Both the position numbers and the translations under genes were made by a program. From Daphnia carinata (lineage: Eukaryota), in assembly GCF_022539665.2 (NCBI RefSeq), contig NC_081333.1:2666001-2730000 (forward strand): a stretch of DNA of 64,000 bases, in the 5' to 3' direction. Shown here piece after piece: positions 1 through 14,693 of this stretch; positions within the stretch are counted from its first letter, which is position 1; each line of letters opens with the position of its first letter. The notes below the pieces were generated by a model that saw only the letters and a program-made list of their open reading frames with translations, made no database searches and was not told the origin of the DNA.

Positions 1-489
1 TTCGCAACGCTCTTTTGCCTTTTTTCTCACAAACAGTGTTACAGCCATTTGTCGATGGCCATGTCCCCACACTTTGGCCAAAATGTCGTCTACTCTGCAG
101 AAGAAAATTCCGCAACATAAAGAACAGCAGTCCTTTCACCTTTAAGATAGCCATTTGTGTTGCTCTTTTGATGGCCGTGAGTAAACTGCATTTTTCCTGT
201 TGCCGTTGGGCTTTGCTGAACACAAGGAAAAAAAAAAAAAACTGTTCATCCTTTGCACGCAAATGTGCATTTCTTTAGCGGTCGGGACGCCATAGCGGGT
301 GGGGGGGGAGGGGGCGAGTCCTGTAAGCAAAAAAGGTCTTTCGGCAGATGCCCTTCGGACGACCTATTTTCTTATATAACTGCAACAGTTCTTCTCCTTT
401 GTGTTTCGTTCGGCTAAATGTAATCCGTCTCTCTCGTTCTCTTTTCGTGTGGAATACATAATCGCACAGACAAAGAGTCTGAAAGACAA

Positions 490-494
490 AAGAA

Positions 495-532
<38 letters not shown>

Positions 533-3106
533 TCGAACGCGCTGATGACTAAATAGGGTTGACGATGTTCTAAATAACAAAAGGCCCTTTTTTAATGGAA
601 AAGCTTGTTTTCTTTTCTTTTTTTTTTTTTCCTTATTAACTTTTTTTTTTCTCTCTCTCTTTTTGTTGAGGGTATATAACGAAAGAACAAAATCCTGCTC
701 TAATAAACAATAAAGAAAAGAAAAAAAAAAAAAAAAAAAACAACTCGTATTTTTATTGCTTGTTCGAAAAAAATGGCGGTCCTTTACGACGTGTGTGTTA
801 AACAAAAGAGGAAACCTACTTTCCTTCTCTCGAGCTTAGAGTTACTTTGCTATTCATAAACAACTGCCTTTTTTTCTTTTCTTGTTTCTCTTGACATTAG
901 CGACATCAACGCCGTTCACGGTCGTATATCATTCGTAAGCATGTCTTTTTGGAAATGGATTTTGCCCTTTTTCTTGTGTACATTTTTTGCTACATAGCTG
1001 CCAATCAAGACGGTAAATAAGGAAACTACACGATCGTTTCGCTCAATGATGTGGAAGATTTTCGTCGTGTTTTTCTTTCTTTTCTTTTTATTTTTAACAC
1101 CAACACCAACTTCTAGTGGCACATATAGAAATAGCTGAATGCGTGGGGGATTTTGTGCAAGTAAGACGAATGAATCAGCCCTTTTTTATTATCCTTTGTT
1201 TCCGAGAATATCACGTAATCAAGGAGCCCTCGTGAGTAGTGAGTTTTCTTATAGGCAACAATGTCGACACACACACACACACACATGCGCAAGAACGGAT
1301 ACAGAAAATAAAAGCTACGTCATTTTCTATTTGGTTTCAACATTTTCGGTAAATATATATAACTATGTATAAACCTACTGTTACATACACACACAGCTAC
1401 ACACACAAATTTTAGAATATTTTTTTTTTTTGTTTGTGTGTGTGTATATCTATTATGTCCGTATAGGCTATGATGCTGTGTGTGTGTGTGTGTGTGTGTA
1501 TAAGAATTCCCGCTGGCTATACAACAATACCAAACAAGGCAATCCGGTTGGTGATTTATCAACAACACCCGTGCGTCCTTCTCCTTTCCTCCTCTTTTCT
1601 CTGCAATGCTTTTTATATTTTTATAGAGGTATAGGACAGCAGCTATATCGTAAGAAGGATTGTCACTGGGCCAACATCTGTCAGTTGTGCATTTTGCCTT
1701 TAAAGAAAAAAAAAAAAAATCAAATAAAAAGGGCCACCAAAAATACAGTTGAACATTTCAGACGTGATTATACTACCGATGTAGATCCCATACAAACGTC
1801 CGCCTTATAAGTCTAACGCATATAACTCTTTTCACTATGGATATCAGCCCCGGTTTTTGGTTTTCGTACACACACGCAAAAGGAGGAGTCACATTGATTT
1901 GGACAGTTCCAAACAAGGAGAAATATTATAAGAGATGATCGGAGCTAGTGATTGCATATACACATACGTTATATATAAAAAGGATTATCACTTTTGTAAG
2001 CTCATCTGTGCAGCGTCACCTATTTCTTTTTTTTTTCCTTCCTAGGGCACTGATTGTGTATGGAATTTGGGTGTTAATCTATAGAGTCTTGTATAGAGCA
2101 GCCTGTTTTTTTTTTATGCTCAGTTATATAAAATATATGGGATGATGATCAAATGAAATCCGATCACAAACGTTCGAGCGAATAGAGAAAAAAAACGACG
2201 TGAGACCAATCAGGTTTTTTTTTTATGATTACGTCTAGCCAGCAGTTTATATATGCCTCACAACATTTGGCTCCTTTTTTTTTTTATTCCTGAAAGTCAT
2301 AAAAAATAAAACGGGATTTTTGTTTTTTTTTTCAAAAATAAATTGGAGAAACGGGGGGTTTCGAATAAATTAATCGGGGTGCCTCTATGCGGATAACGCG
2401 ATCGTTTGATTGCCAATCAGTTGAACAGCCCAGCACATATCGAAGGTATAAAAAAAAAAAAAACATTTAATCGTTTCGAAAAGGCGGGAATGTTCGTTAA
2501 CTTTAGTCACGCTACCAACTCGTTTTTTTTTTTTTCTTGAACCTGGCTGGTTCATTTTTTTTGATAAAGAAAAAAGAAAAACCAGAAATGATTAAATGCT
2601 GTATTCAAATGTACAATATTCTTGATATTAAAAATAAGGTTCGAGAGAATGTTGCACAAGATCGCAGCGGGTCCAATAACTCCCGCGTTCAGACGCAATT
2701 TTGTTTTCTATTTTATTACACTGCACGCTTGTGTGTAAGCGAGGTCTTGTACACACACACAGCACGACGATGATGTCACGCGATACACAGAGCCCCTTAA
2801 AAAAAAAAAAAAAAAGAAATACGGATACGTATTTTGTTTTCGTCTTGTGCGGTCAACTTGATGATGACATTCGAACGCACCCAACGAAAACGATTTTATT
2901 TTTTTTTATTATTTGCCTCTTGATAGCCAATTTTCGATGGCTTTTTAAACGATCGAAAATAACAGCTGCGTAAATGGCAGGCTTTCGAGTTATATAGACC
3001 TATTTACGAGACCGTTTATAAAGCAATTGGCGCTCGGCAAAAAAAAAAAATGCCAGGTGTTGCGTGACGCCCTTTTGTTTGGCTCTCTTTTGTTGTGAAC
3101 GATCGT

Positions 3107-3139
<33 letters not shown>

Positions 3140-5182
3140 CTAACGCACCCAACGATTACAAAAATAAATACACCAAATACCACTGAAAGTATAATTGCAT
3201 GCACACAAAGTTCGTATATATATACTGTATATATATAAATACAGGCAAAGATGGATAGGATTCGTGTATACATAGAAGGCCATACGAAATAATCAGCTAT
3301 TGTTTCACTTGATTTTTTTTTTTTTTTTTTGATGAAATAAATATGAGAATAGACAACGTCACGATGCACATGTTTTGTATATACAAGAAAAAAGGCTGCA
3401 CGCATTTTTTAAAGACAGCATTTGTTTCTCGTCTCAACCCCCCAACCCCCTACTGTTACGTGCTTTAAAAGAGATATATATACAATAGAACAGGAGCAAA
3501 CTCAAAACAATATATACGTTATCCTGCTGGCTGTTGTATAGTTGGGTTCTTTATGTATCTATTATATATAGAAAAAAAAAAAAAAAAAAGCCTCTATACT
3601 TTTTGAAACAGTTTCTTTTCTCTAATGGTTGAGGGCTGTTTTCACTCCAGCACACACACGGTCCGTCTTCTTTTATTGTGTACTGTTGGTGTGGCATCTT
3701 GCAGTCGAGACTTCTATTCATCGATGTCGTGGTAAATACTGCACAGCCCAACCGTCTATATACGCTGTGTTTGTTCAACAGTTTTGACCCAAACACAGCA
3801 CTCAAAAAAGCCACCCCACACACACACACACACACAAAATAAGAAAAGCCGTGCGATAACAAGTAAAAGCGTATGGCACCTTTTGGTGTGTGTCTTGAAC
3901 GTTTTTTTTTTTTTTTTTTTTGTTACGTTCGAAACCAAGGTCGTTACGAAAAAAACAAAATTATTTTGAATATTTAATGAGGCGGGAACGAAGTATTGAC
4001 GTCCCGACACTTGTTAAATTATTTTTGAATTCAAGCCCATTTTTTTTTCTTCCTTTTTAAATAGTACGACTCAATCATCGGAATTGAGGGGGGGGGGATG
4101 CTCTTCTATCTCGTGATAATCATCTATACACGCCGTTCGGAAGAGAGAACGCATGAATAATATTTCCTTTTCAATATTATTCATGAGTTTAAAAAAAAAA
4201 AAATATATAATCTTCTTCTTTTTAAAAAATTCTTTACTTTAAAATGTAAGACACAATCCCTTTTCATTTTCTTGAAAGTTTCTCGCTCTACCAGTTCTAT
4301 ATCCTCCATGTTCTGCTCTGTGTGTGTGTGTGTCTGTGTGTGTGACGAGTAATAAGACGATTATGACCATCATTACTGGGTCTTTCATTATCAGCTTTAT
4401 TAGATGGGCGGTGAAGTCCGGAGCGGGTCCCGGCTTTTTCTACAGTCCGTTCATTATTTTTTTTTTTTTTATTTTCCCGTACTCTTTGAACGAACTGTTT
4501 TATATATACCGCATCACAGTCTAGACAATCGAAAGCTTCTTCTCTGACATAGCGATAGATTTGAAGAAAAATTGAGGACGCAGTTGTAAAACTTTAAACC
4601 TTTTTTTTTTTTTTTTTTATCAGATTGAGTGTTTTATTTAAGGTTGAATGATTAAATTCATGTAAATTCCCTTGCAGCGGACAACAACTAACACGGGGCA
4701 TACATCATCATCGTTATTCAAATTTCGAATCATTTGGGGCTGGTGGGGGGTGTGTGGGCCCCATAGCCAATATTTTTATTTATAGCACTGGAGGGGTAGA
4801 ATTGACACACTGAAACATAAATACCTAAATTATTATTGCTTTCTATAGCACCACGTTATATAAATATACCTTTTTTCTTCTCCTTTTTCTTCTTCTTCTT
4901 CAAACATCTCAACGCTGAGTCGCTAGTCTGCGATAAAAAAAAAAAAAAAAAAAAAAAAGAAAAGAAAAAAGGAAAAATTTAGTTGTCAACCTTCTTTCTA
5001 TAGACAGTGCCGCGTCGTTGTCTTTCCATGCATTCTTTTTTACGAGGCACCACTCGGAGGCCTATCTTTTCAATGTGGAAAAGAAATAAAGCCAAGAGTC
5101 CATTTCCGAAACGCACCGTTTCCCAAAAATACACTCACTCGTATAGATTTCCTTTGGCGTTCACACGGAGTATTTTTGAGAG

Positions 5183-5215
<33 letters not shown>

Positions 5216-5420
5216 AAGATAAAGCCATCAAACAGAGTGTGAGGGAGAATATGGTCTGTATAAAAATATATATATATTTATAAAAGAATAGTACATAAGA
5301 AAGAGATAGAAGAAGCTGTCGGGGAATTCCTGAGAGAAGCAGAGTTGATTGCCTGTTGGATGTGTCATCAAATCCAACTCTCAATCATGTCAGACTCTTC
5401 TTTTTTTTTTTTTTTTTTTT
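490..5420. repeat. Low-complexity non-coding region dense in poly-A/T runs and (CA)n/(TG)n microsatellites
   Basis: For example a poly-A run at about 496-529 and (TG)n at 1477-1499 and 3113-3138. No credible ORFs. Confidence 0.8.
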
Positions 5421-6413
5421 TTCTCCTATTCTTTCTTTCTTCTCCCCCCTCCACCTTTCGTTCCTTCCGTATGCCCCCCGAAAATAGATCTCACAAAAGA
5501 CATGGACTTCTTATGCTATACGTAACATTTTTCTGTGTTATAGATAGATAGCCTTTTCTCTTCTGTTCCATACATTTTTTTTTTATTGCATTTCATTTTT
5601 CCTTCCCCCCCCCCCCTTTTTATTGCATTTTTTTTTATGGGTATCCTTTTTAAACGGCCAAATGGCGTGTAACGGCGTGTTCTTACGTAAGAATTTTTTC
5701 TTTTTCCTTTCTCCAGCATTCAAGGAAAAAAAAAAAAAAAAAGGGCCAAAAAATTAAAAGCGTTGACATCTCGAAAAGATATTTTTTTTTTTGCTTAGTC
5801 CAATGATTCACGATTGAATTGTTTTAAAAATGCTGTTCCGCGCAGGGAGGGAAATGTAAAAAGAAGAAATGAAACCCGTACGTATCAGATATCATTTCTT
5901 TCAAGAAAAAAAAAAAAAATAAATAAAAAATAATAAACCAATAGAAAATTGAAGAATACAAGTATAGTATCGTATGAAAAGACAATAACAGGCGTGGTTA
6001 TCTAATATCACAAAAGGGTCGATGTAGCCTCTAGTCAGCAATAGCTGACGCCATCCTGTCGCCTATACTTTCCAATCATTTTTTTTTTCCAATCAAATAA
6101 TAATCAAAAAAAAAATTAAAAAATAAAACGATGAAATTTGAATCGCTTAGTCGCCGAGATCAATTTAGAAATCCCAATTTCTAAATATTCTCCCGCTGAT
6201 CCGAAAAAAAATGCTTTCCTTCGTTTAAAAACAAAACAAACCCATCTGCCATCACCGGGTCTAATGTTTTAAACATTTCTTTTTCTTTTTCCTTTTTCGC
6301 TATAGCCCTCTAGGTAATTTCTTAAGGATCAGTAGCCAAAGAGAAAGAATCTTGACCGTCTTGTTTTTGCTCGACGTGGTTCGTCAGTTTTGCATCCAAG
6401 AAAAACAAACGCC

Positions 6414-9400
6414 ATGATGAGCTCCGTCTCGACGTTGGTGTTGATGGGGTTAGCCGTTGCGTGGCTACTATCCGTGCCAACGACGGCAACAGGCAGCAGC
6501 TCAACTAAGGTATGTATAAATATTTTTATTATAATTCTATTCAGCGGAGGTATTCACAAACAAAACAAATGAAAAAAAAAACAAAAAAACAAACAAATAT
6601 TCAAACACCTGTGCCGTGAAAAGTTTCAACAGCTGGCAGAAATCTGTTTTCTCTTGCTCGTGAATTTCAATAAACAAAACAAGAGGCGGAATCAATCACG
6701 ACCGCCTTTACCCTTTGCCAGATGACTAACACATGGATTATTATTACGTAAAAAAAAAAATAATAATAATAATAATAAATATATATGTAGAAACTCCTTG
6801 GGTGGCTCCACGCAATCTGCTGCGTCTTATTAAAAAATTTTTTTGCTGATGGACCCGCCCGTCAAAACTCGGCGAAAGGCCAACCTAAATATGAAGACTC
6901 GGGCGACGAAAACCTACGCGCTGGCCGTTAGACGGGAATAGAAATCGAGACGTTGCCCAGTTTAGACAAAAAAAAACACAAAACACAAAACATTTTCTTT
7001 CGCAACAAAAGTCAAATGAATTATTCAGAAATTTAATACATTTCATCTCCTTTTGTTTCGTAGTACGTCTCGTCGTCAAGGAATTTTTATTGTGACCAAC
7101 TCGAAACTCGGCGAAAGACAAGCGAATGCCATTTGTGGGTTTCGGGTGGCCTTCCCCTCTCAAACAAACGCCCGCCATTGTTGCACACACGCCCTTTTTT
7201 CTTTCTTTTTTTTTCTTTCGTGAATTTTCGCTTGTATTAGACACGGAAGATTGTTGAATGATACGCAATATTGATAATTATCGGCTGCTTGTGCGGACAC
7301 ACGAGGACAATGTTATCGTGTTTTCATATCGATTTCATTGTTATTTTGTTGTTGTTGTGTTACTGTCCGCACTTGTGCGTGTCACGTGTGTGCAGATAGG
7401 GAGATTAGTTAACAGCTCATTGAACCTGTTTTGTTTTTGTATTTTTATTTTCCTTGTTGCGTTCTTTGATCGCGTCGGATGGCATGGTCAGATAAACCCC
7501 TTCACACGCGTTCCTCCTGCGCACTCACGCGTGCTCCAATCCATTTTGCTATCGTGAAAAATGAAGAGCCGGTTGAGCTCGTGACTCTCTGGGCGTGTGC
7601 GGCTTCATCCGCAGCTATGCTATTTAAATATCGTGATCGTATTCATTTTTTTTTTTTCGTTTCGCCCCGCAGCCGCTTACCCGCATGTGCATTTCATTTC
7701 CATCCTCCCGCCCTTTGTTCGTAACAATATCATTTTTCTTTTTTTTTTTTTTTTTAACCTGTTTCCACATTAGCTCGTACCCTATACATGTTTACTTATG
7801 AAAAAAAAAATAATAAATAGATATATATATATATATATAAATGAACCCTCATAGGGAGATTATTTGTATTTCCAATTTGCATATCATTATTCAATCGCTT
7901 GTATTTATTAATTGTTCATTTTTTTCGTCTTCTTTATGAAAGGGCCACGATGCCCTGGAAGACGACACGGACGATGCGGCGGCGTATGCGCGTTACATGG
8001 CCGCCACGGAAGCGTCCGCTCCGCTGATGCAGCGCCGTTCGCAACAGCATCACGACCCGGCATCGGCTGCCGTTGGCCGCGCTAGTTCATCACCTTCTTC
8101 GGCTAGCACGGCCGTCAGCAGTAGTCATAGCGGTGGCGCTGGCAGGGCTCCGTTTAAAAGTATTTACCGCTCCTCGGGTGGTCACGTGACTCTGCTGCAT
8201 TCCACCGACTACTCGGCCGCCCGGCGCCGTTTGGTTCACGTCTGGAGCCCCTGGTCCGCTTGGTCGCCGTGCAGCCGGACTTGCGGAGGCGGAATCACCG
8301 CCAGACACCGCACCTGTAGAATTGAATACGCCAGGTGAAAATGAGCACAATGTTACCTAACGCAATTTCAATTCAATTTACGATGCAAAATAAAACAAAC
8401 AAAGGGTTTCGGAAGGCTCGGGAATCCGATCGAGTTATCAACAATGCATTGGAGAATCCTCTGAATATTCTTCGTGTAATCCACAGTCGTGCTCGACGGC
8501 AGCGGCCGGACATCCCGAAGATTTCCGGCTGTTTCAGTGTTCGCTCTACAACAATCGCACGATCAGGGGGCATTACGTCGCCACATGGACTCCCTATCAA
8601 ATGGGTATGATTCTAAATGAAACATTATTGAGACGTGGTTCGAAATGAGTCAATGCGTCGGTTTGACACGCAGGACCCAATCAGTGCGAATTGAGTTGCA
8701 GGGCAGGTAATAGACCCAACGGTCTGGTCTATTCATTCGGTAAAGTGCTGGACGGCACTCGTTGCACCATCGATCCTGAAAATCCTTACAAAGAATTCTG
8801 CATCAACGGTCGCTGTCTGGTAAGTTTCAAAATCGATCCCAAGCATCCCATGAAACTAAAATAAATGATGGTCGGATAATAGCCGCTGCGTATATATATC
8901 CATTAAATAATGATCGTGATCACGTTGCATCATTATTTACAGCTACAGGGCTATATATACGTAGGGCTAGAGGTGCTGCTGAAGAGAAATTGAACCATGT
9001 GACGATAAAACTGTCTTCCAACTTGACTGATGTTTATCTTTTGTGCATCTCTTTATTTTAAGTCTCCCTCTCTCCCCTCTTTTAAGCTACTTGTATCACT
9101 CCTTGTTGTTCAACATTTGTCTTTTTTTTTCTTATTTATTTTTTTTTCATAGGCGGTGGGCTGTGACGGACGGGTGGGGTCGGCGGCCAAACGCGACATG
9201 TGCCACGTCTGCGGCGGTAACAACGGCACGTGCCAGCGGGTTGCCGCTGTAACTTTCCCTCAGAGTGCCGACTTTACCGTTAAAACACGCAACCCTCAAC
9301 GACGTACATTTTTATTTTTCTAAATTGTTTGACACATTTTTCTTTTGGATGCGATATTGATGCAGATTTTAATTGTCTGGTTATTTTTGTTTGAAATTTT

Positions 9401-11463
9401 TCTAGTGACGGAAACGTATGGATATAGCCCGGTTGTTCGCATACCCCGAGGCGCTACGCATATCCGGTTGACCGATAACAGCAGTAATTATCTGGGTAAA
9501 TATGGAAAAAAAAATATATATATGGATTTAACTTTGGTCTGTCGTTTTTGTGGTGGATTGATTTTTGGAATTTTTATCTTTTAAAAAAAAAAAAAAGCTT
9601 TAATGGACGAACGAGAAAGGTATTTCCTGAACGGCAATTGGATCGTCGACTGGCCGGGCCGTTACGAAACAAACGGAGTGGCTTTCCAGTACGAGCGAAT
9701 CAAAGACTCGGAAGTCGTGCACAGCCGCGGACCTCTGCAACAAGATTTGATTGTTATGGTGCGTATCTCTTTCTAAATAATAAAAAAAAAAGTAGAAATC
9801 CTTTCCAACAGAAAAAAAAAAAGGGCGTCCTGTCTATAATGGCCTCAATGGTGGTGGTACCAGAACCATCGCGCTAGACCTATTGGATTGAAATCAATGA
9901 TGCGTGACTCTTCTGGCGTAGTGAGCATTACCAGATCATTGCCTCGTCGCCCGTATAACCTTTCCCAATTGCGTTCTGATGTAGTAGCGGGAAAAAATAG
10001 CGGCTTTCACTAATGGTGGATGTGCCATATCAAAGCCGATCAATGATCACATTTGGGCGAAGGGGGGTTGGGATTTAAACAGTTGGGTTGCTTTGAACGA
10101 GCTGGGCGCGTGATTCATCGATCAACAGCCGGATGAGTAGTTATTATATGTCCCCCCCCCCCCCCAATTTTTTTTTTTAGAAAGGTTGGGGGAGGGCGAT
10201 CTTTTGATGATGGCATTCCCACTCAATTGGCTTCATCAAGTTCGTGAACGATCTGGGTGTGGCGTGATCACGAATACATTGACCGAGGGCCTATACAGGC
10301 ACGCATTGGGAAGCGGTCGATTATGATAAACTGAGACGATCGTAACAGCGATAAGAAGCGGAAATAAAAGTTTGGGAAAAAAAAATATATGTATATTCAA
10401 CAGGTCCTGGTGCGAGAGAAAGACCCGGCCATTTATTACGAATACTGGCTACCACGTCAAGCGCAGATCTATCGGATGACCGTCGACGCGTTCACGTCCG
10501 ACGCTCAGCGGGTTGTCTCGGCTCGTCCGACCGTCGCCCCGACCACCGCCCTGCCCACGACGACAACTCGCAGGCCTGTCACGTCCAGGATGACGACGTC
10601 CAAACCGACGACGACGACGCCATCGGCCGTTATTTTCCAGCATCACAACAGCACGGCCGAAACGAATCCGAATGATTGGGAACAGTACGAGCCCCAACCG
10701 ACGGCCGCCAGTTTAGTGAGGAGTCCGCCGCGGATAACTTACGGCGGTTTCATGGTCCCTTTCTTTAATTCCATCACGACGACGACGACGACGCCCAGGA
10801 CGACGACGGCCACCAGCAAGCCGACGAAGAAGAGCCGGCCCAAGGGCTCGAAGAAAAAAGCGAACGGTGTTCACGATATTGAAGAAGTCCGCCATCATCT
10901 CGGCTTGATTCACAAAAAACCTCCGAAAACATCGGCCGTTAGAAGCGGGATCAGCAACGGACATCCGGGATCGTGTTCGGTTGACGGCTCTTGCTGGAAA
11001 ACGGTCAACGGAAAGAAACATTTCTGTCTCAGTGAATTCGGTAAGAATGAAATGACTTCATCTTATGTTGGGTTCATTTGATATTTAATGTTTTATTCTT
11101 TTCAATTCAGTTTTGCGATGTAAAGTGCTTGGATATGAAGTCATCAACGGCGAGACCCGCTACGAAGTGCAGGTGGTCCAATCATACAAGAACATGATCC
11201 CCATTTTGAACCGAGAATTCATCTGGGCGGAACCGGTAGCCGATTGTCCCTGCCCGGCCCCTTATCTCCGAACGGGCACCGACTACATCATCATGGGCAA
11301 GACGGACAGGAAATTTAGACGCAACGAGATCCGGTTGCTCCTCGACTCGGACAGTTACGTCCGCGTCTACAACCAAGCCAATGCCGAGCGCGTACTGCGC
11401 ATCCGCCGCGACGAGGCGAAATTCTGTCAGAAATATAAAACGAAATTCAATCTCACGACCTAA
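6414..11463 (+). CDS. ADAMTSL5: ADAMTS-like protein 5-type secreted protein (signal peptide, TSP1, Cys-rich, spacer, Thr-rich linker, C-terminal NTR domain); 9 coding exons
   Basis: GT-AG exons at about 6414-6509, 7943-8334, 8405-8604, 8674-8819, 9153-9303, 9406-9495, 9598-9758, 10404-11040 and 11111-11463. Motifs: WSPWSAWSPCSRTCGGG (TSP1); VLDGTRC, CINGRC and VGCDGRVGSAAKRDMCHVCGGNNGTC (Cys-rich); IPRGATHIRLTD and FLNGNW (spacer); CPCPAPYLRTGTDYIIMG (NTR). No metalloprotease domain. Confidence 0.85.
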
Positions 11464-13310
11464 TTCATTTCTTCTTCTTCTTTTTTAAATATTAATCTGT
11501 TTTAGTTTATTTTGTTGGCACAATAAGTCAGATTTATTAATGTCTTTTGCAGCATTTCTTGTATTGACGTTTGTACTCAACGACCCACCTACAATACCAG
11601 TCCGCTTTTGTGGAGTGGATTTGTTTGGACAAAAAAAAAAAATGAAAAAAAAAAAAAAAAAAAACAAGTGACGGTTGATATTTGAAATTTGTTATTGCCA
11701 TTGGCATCCTTCGATGTTGTGTCATTTAGTCTGGCGATAGACAGTATGAATAGCTAAGAAATTAAATGTATAAATATAATAATCATGGCATCAAATCATT
11801 TTTTTTTTGGTTAGCTTAGCAATAATTTGACATATGTAAATATGCGATTGTACAACCAACTTTCTGTTTATCATTTGTTTTTTTGCGTGCATAACATGTC
11901 CGTTGGAGTTGCCGTTTTTTTTTCTCCTTCGTCCGATGATTGTAATACAAGCTTTTCGTTTTGACTGTCAACTGTGTTCGTGACACGAATTTCGTGACCT
12001 TTGCTCCCCTTTATCCGTTGATTGTTTCCCTTGCTCCGTTCTGTTGCCATGAGAAATCGTTGAATATTCTCAAACACAATTTGAACTCCTTTTTTCTTTC
12101 GTTTTTCTTTCCCGCGTGACACCAATTTGTCCGACCGCATAACATATATAGAAGAAAAACTCAAATTGGGAAAAAACAAATTCGAAAGATTATTCTTGAG
12201 CAGAGACAAATCCTTGAGCACCATCTAGGGAATTGTTTTCGTGATAGCTACGAACGAACGGTGAACGCGGTACGATAATCTACCACTCGACGGCGTCGGC
12301 AAGTTTTCGGGAGAGTTATAAACCTTCCCCACGGTCCAGACAAATGTTTTTTTTTTTGACATTGATGGATGATTGGGACCGACATTTGCCTTGTTCGTTA
12401 TTTTATTTTATTTTACTTTCTTAAAGATCCTTTTTCTTGACTGAACAGAATAAACACTTATCATTTTCTGCTGATTTTATTATGCATATCTTTCTAGCCG
12501 ATTCGGAAGGGCCAATGAAAACATTTTTACTCACGATAATATGTCTCCTGACATAAATCTAATTTCATGGTTACATTGTTTTATTTCTTCCATACTTTCC
12601 ATTACGTCCCCGTCCTGCTGTATAAGGAAATCCGCTTGCATATACAGTATACCCAGCAAGTTGCATCCCGCACGAAGAACGGTCACGATTTCAATTTCAA
12701 ATTTTTTTTTTGCGCTCGTTTCGATTAAAATTCTCTTGATTTCAAATGTATTTTCTTAGCTCAAATGTTATAGTATTCAGAATAAAAGAAGATAACAAAA
12801 AAGATCGCGATCGATGCCCTCTGTACCCTACCTTGAAGCCTTGCCGGTCAAGACCATTGGAAGAAGTAGGGTCACGTGACGGTTGAAAGATGGGATAATA
12901 ATTACAGATATCTCCTACGAATTAATTCAGCATTTTTCCCTTTCCTTTCGGCCAAATGGCAACCGAAGGTCAAAACAGCTCCCGAATACTTTTGATAGAC
13001 TCCCAGCAGTCAAAAGAAACACTGTTCAACTTGAATAGGGTGAACGTAAACCTGCTTCCAGCGGTTCGGTTTCATCATTAGAGAACCAAAGGCATAGATC
13101 GAAGGGCGAAACACATGGACTGATGTCTGGAGAAAAATGTCAGCGTCACTTGAGAAGCGCAAGTGGAAGGTAGCGGTAGCTGAACGAGATATACCCCCCC
13201 CCCACCCCCCCCCCCCCAAAAAAAAAAAAAGAATAGAAAATCACGTGATCCACCGATGTGAAATTTTTAATAGTGATATCATTGTTTTTAAACGTCCCCA
13301 TTGGCAAAAA

Positions 13311-14693
13311 ATGGCGTCCTGGCGGTGCGTATACGTTTCATTTTTAAGTGTTTAATATTATTGCTAAAACTTCTCATTTGTTTAGGAGCATTCGAATATT
13401 AATGTTCCGGCGTCGTATACTTCTAATGTCATTCGTCGCCATAATTGGGTTGTTTCTGATCAAACGGTTCGTAATGGATAACGAGCCTCATCACAGAATG
13501 ACGAAGAAGAAGGTTCTTTACAACTTGATGGAAGAGACACCAAACATGGCTAAACACGTCAAAGACTGCACAATCGGTAAGTTTATAACGTTTCTTAATT
13601 AAACGAGAGTTCATTCAATTTCTGATGACATTCAGAGTATGCCAACGAACACAAATTACAGCAAGATCATCCGTGCCTGTTGGATATTATTCGGCGTCAG
13701 TATCTTAATAAACCATCACCTGCTGACGTGCCACTCTACCTGGACTACCCGAACATCAAAGATCAGTCCGCTGGTCAAGTGACGGCCGTCCTACGTTTAC
13801 TGAGGAATCTAGTAATTTTAATTCACGACATCACCGTCATATCCTACTGTTTCGAAAAGCCTTTTTTTTTAATATAGACAAAAGGCTTTTTCATCGAGAG
13901 TGGAGCAGCTGATGGTGAATCGTTTTCCAATTCGCTTTTCCTTGAACGCGATATGAACTGGACTGGATTGTTGATCGAGCCTGAACCGAAATCTTATGGC
14001 AACCTGGCCAAACGCAATCGTAAATCGTGGACACTGCCGAATTGCCTCAGTTTAGAAAAATACCCAACCGAAGTAGCCTACACGAAAATGTTGATTAGCC
14101 TACCATTATTCTTTAACCATTTCATTGTTTTTCATATTTTTAAAAATACTGTAGGTATCCTTTGACAAAACTGAAATTACAGGCAAAATTATTGGCAGCA
14201 AAGTTTCGCAATCTGAAATGGCTAAAGGAAAATTGACTAACGTCCAGTGTTTGCCACTCTATTCCATTTTGCTGGCCCACGGCCAGACCTGGGTGGATTT
14301 CTTCAGCCTCGATGTGGAAGGACACGAACTTCAAGTCCTCAAGACCATCCCCTGGCATAAAGTCAACATCACCGTAACGAATTGACACATCCTTTCAAAG
14401 AATTTCGATTGAATATGCATTTGATGTGACCTGGCAGGTGGTGGCCGTTGAATGGGAACATGTCGAAGAAGGCTATTACGCCGTCGTTGATTACATGAAA
14501 GATCAAGGCTTCGTTAATTTTGGAAGAATCGCCACCCCTTACGCCAGAGATGCTGTCTTTATCAAGGATTTCCTCGAGTAAGTTCCATTGTTGTATTTGC
14601 CAATCATTGTATAACTTGTAATGCGAATTTTTTAAAATTCTATTCTTTGTCTGAAGCGATCTGCGGTACGACTACATTGATTACGATGAGTAA
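13311..14693 (+). CDS. Star-like / FkbM-family (Methyltransf_21) type II membrane methyltransferase, copy 1 (apparently intact)
   Basis: Spliced ORF with an N-terminal TM anchor (RRRILLMSFVAIIGLFLI). Motifs GFFIESGAADGESFSNSLFLE, NWTGLLIEP, VQCLPLYSILLA and VDFFSLDVEGHELQVLKTIPW. Ends DLRYDYIDYDE*. Confidence 0.85.

Noticed and set aside
1..6300. Numerous 60-176 aa ORFs here and at 55000-64000
   Set aside because: They are driven by poly-A/T and dinucleotide runs (poly-K/F, HT/CV repeats) and show no domain signal.
9583..9597. Poly-A tract directly before a splice acceptor in ADAMTSL5
   Set aside because: The AG is canonical, a T-rich tract lies just upstream and the reading frame is maintained. 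It is consistent with this genome's homopolymer richness.
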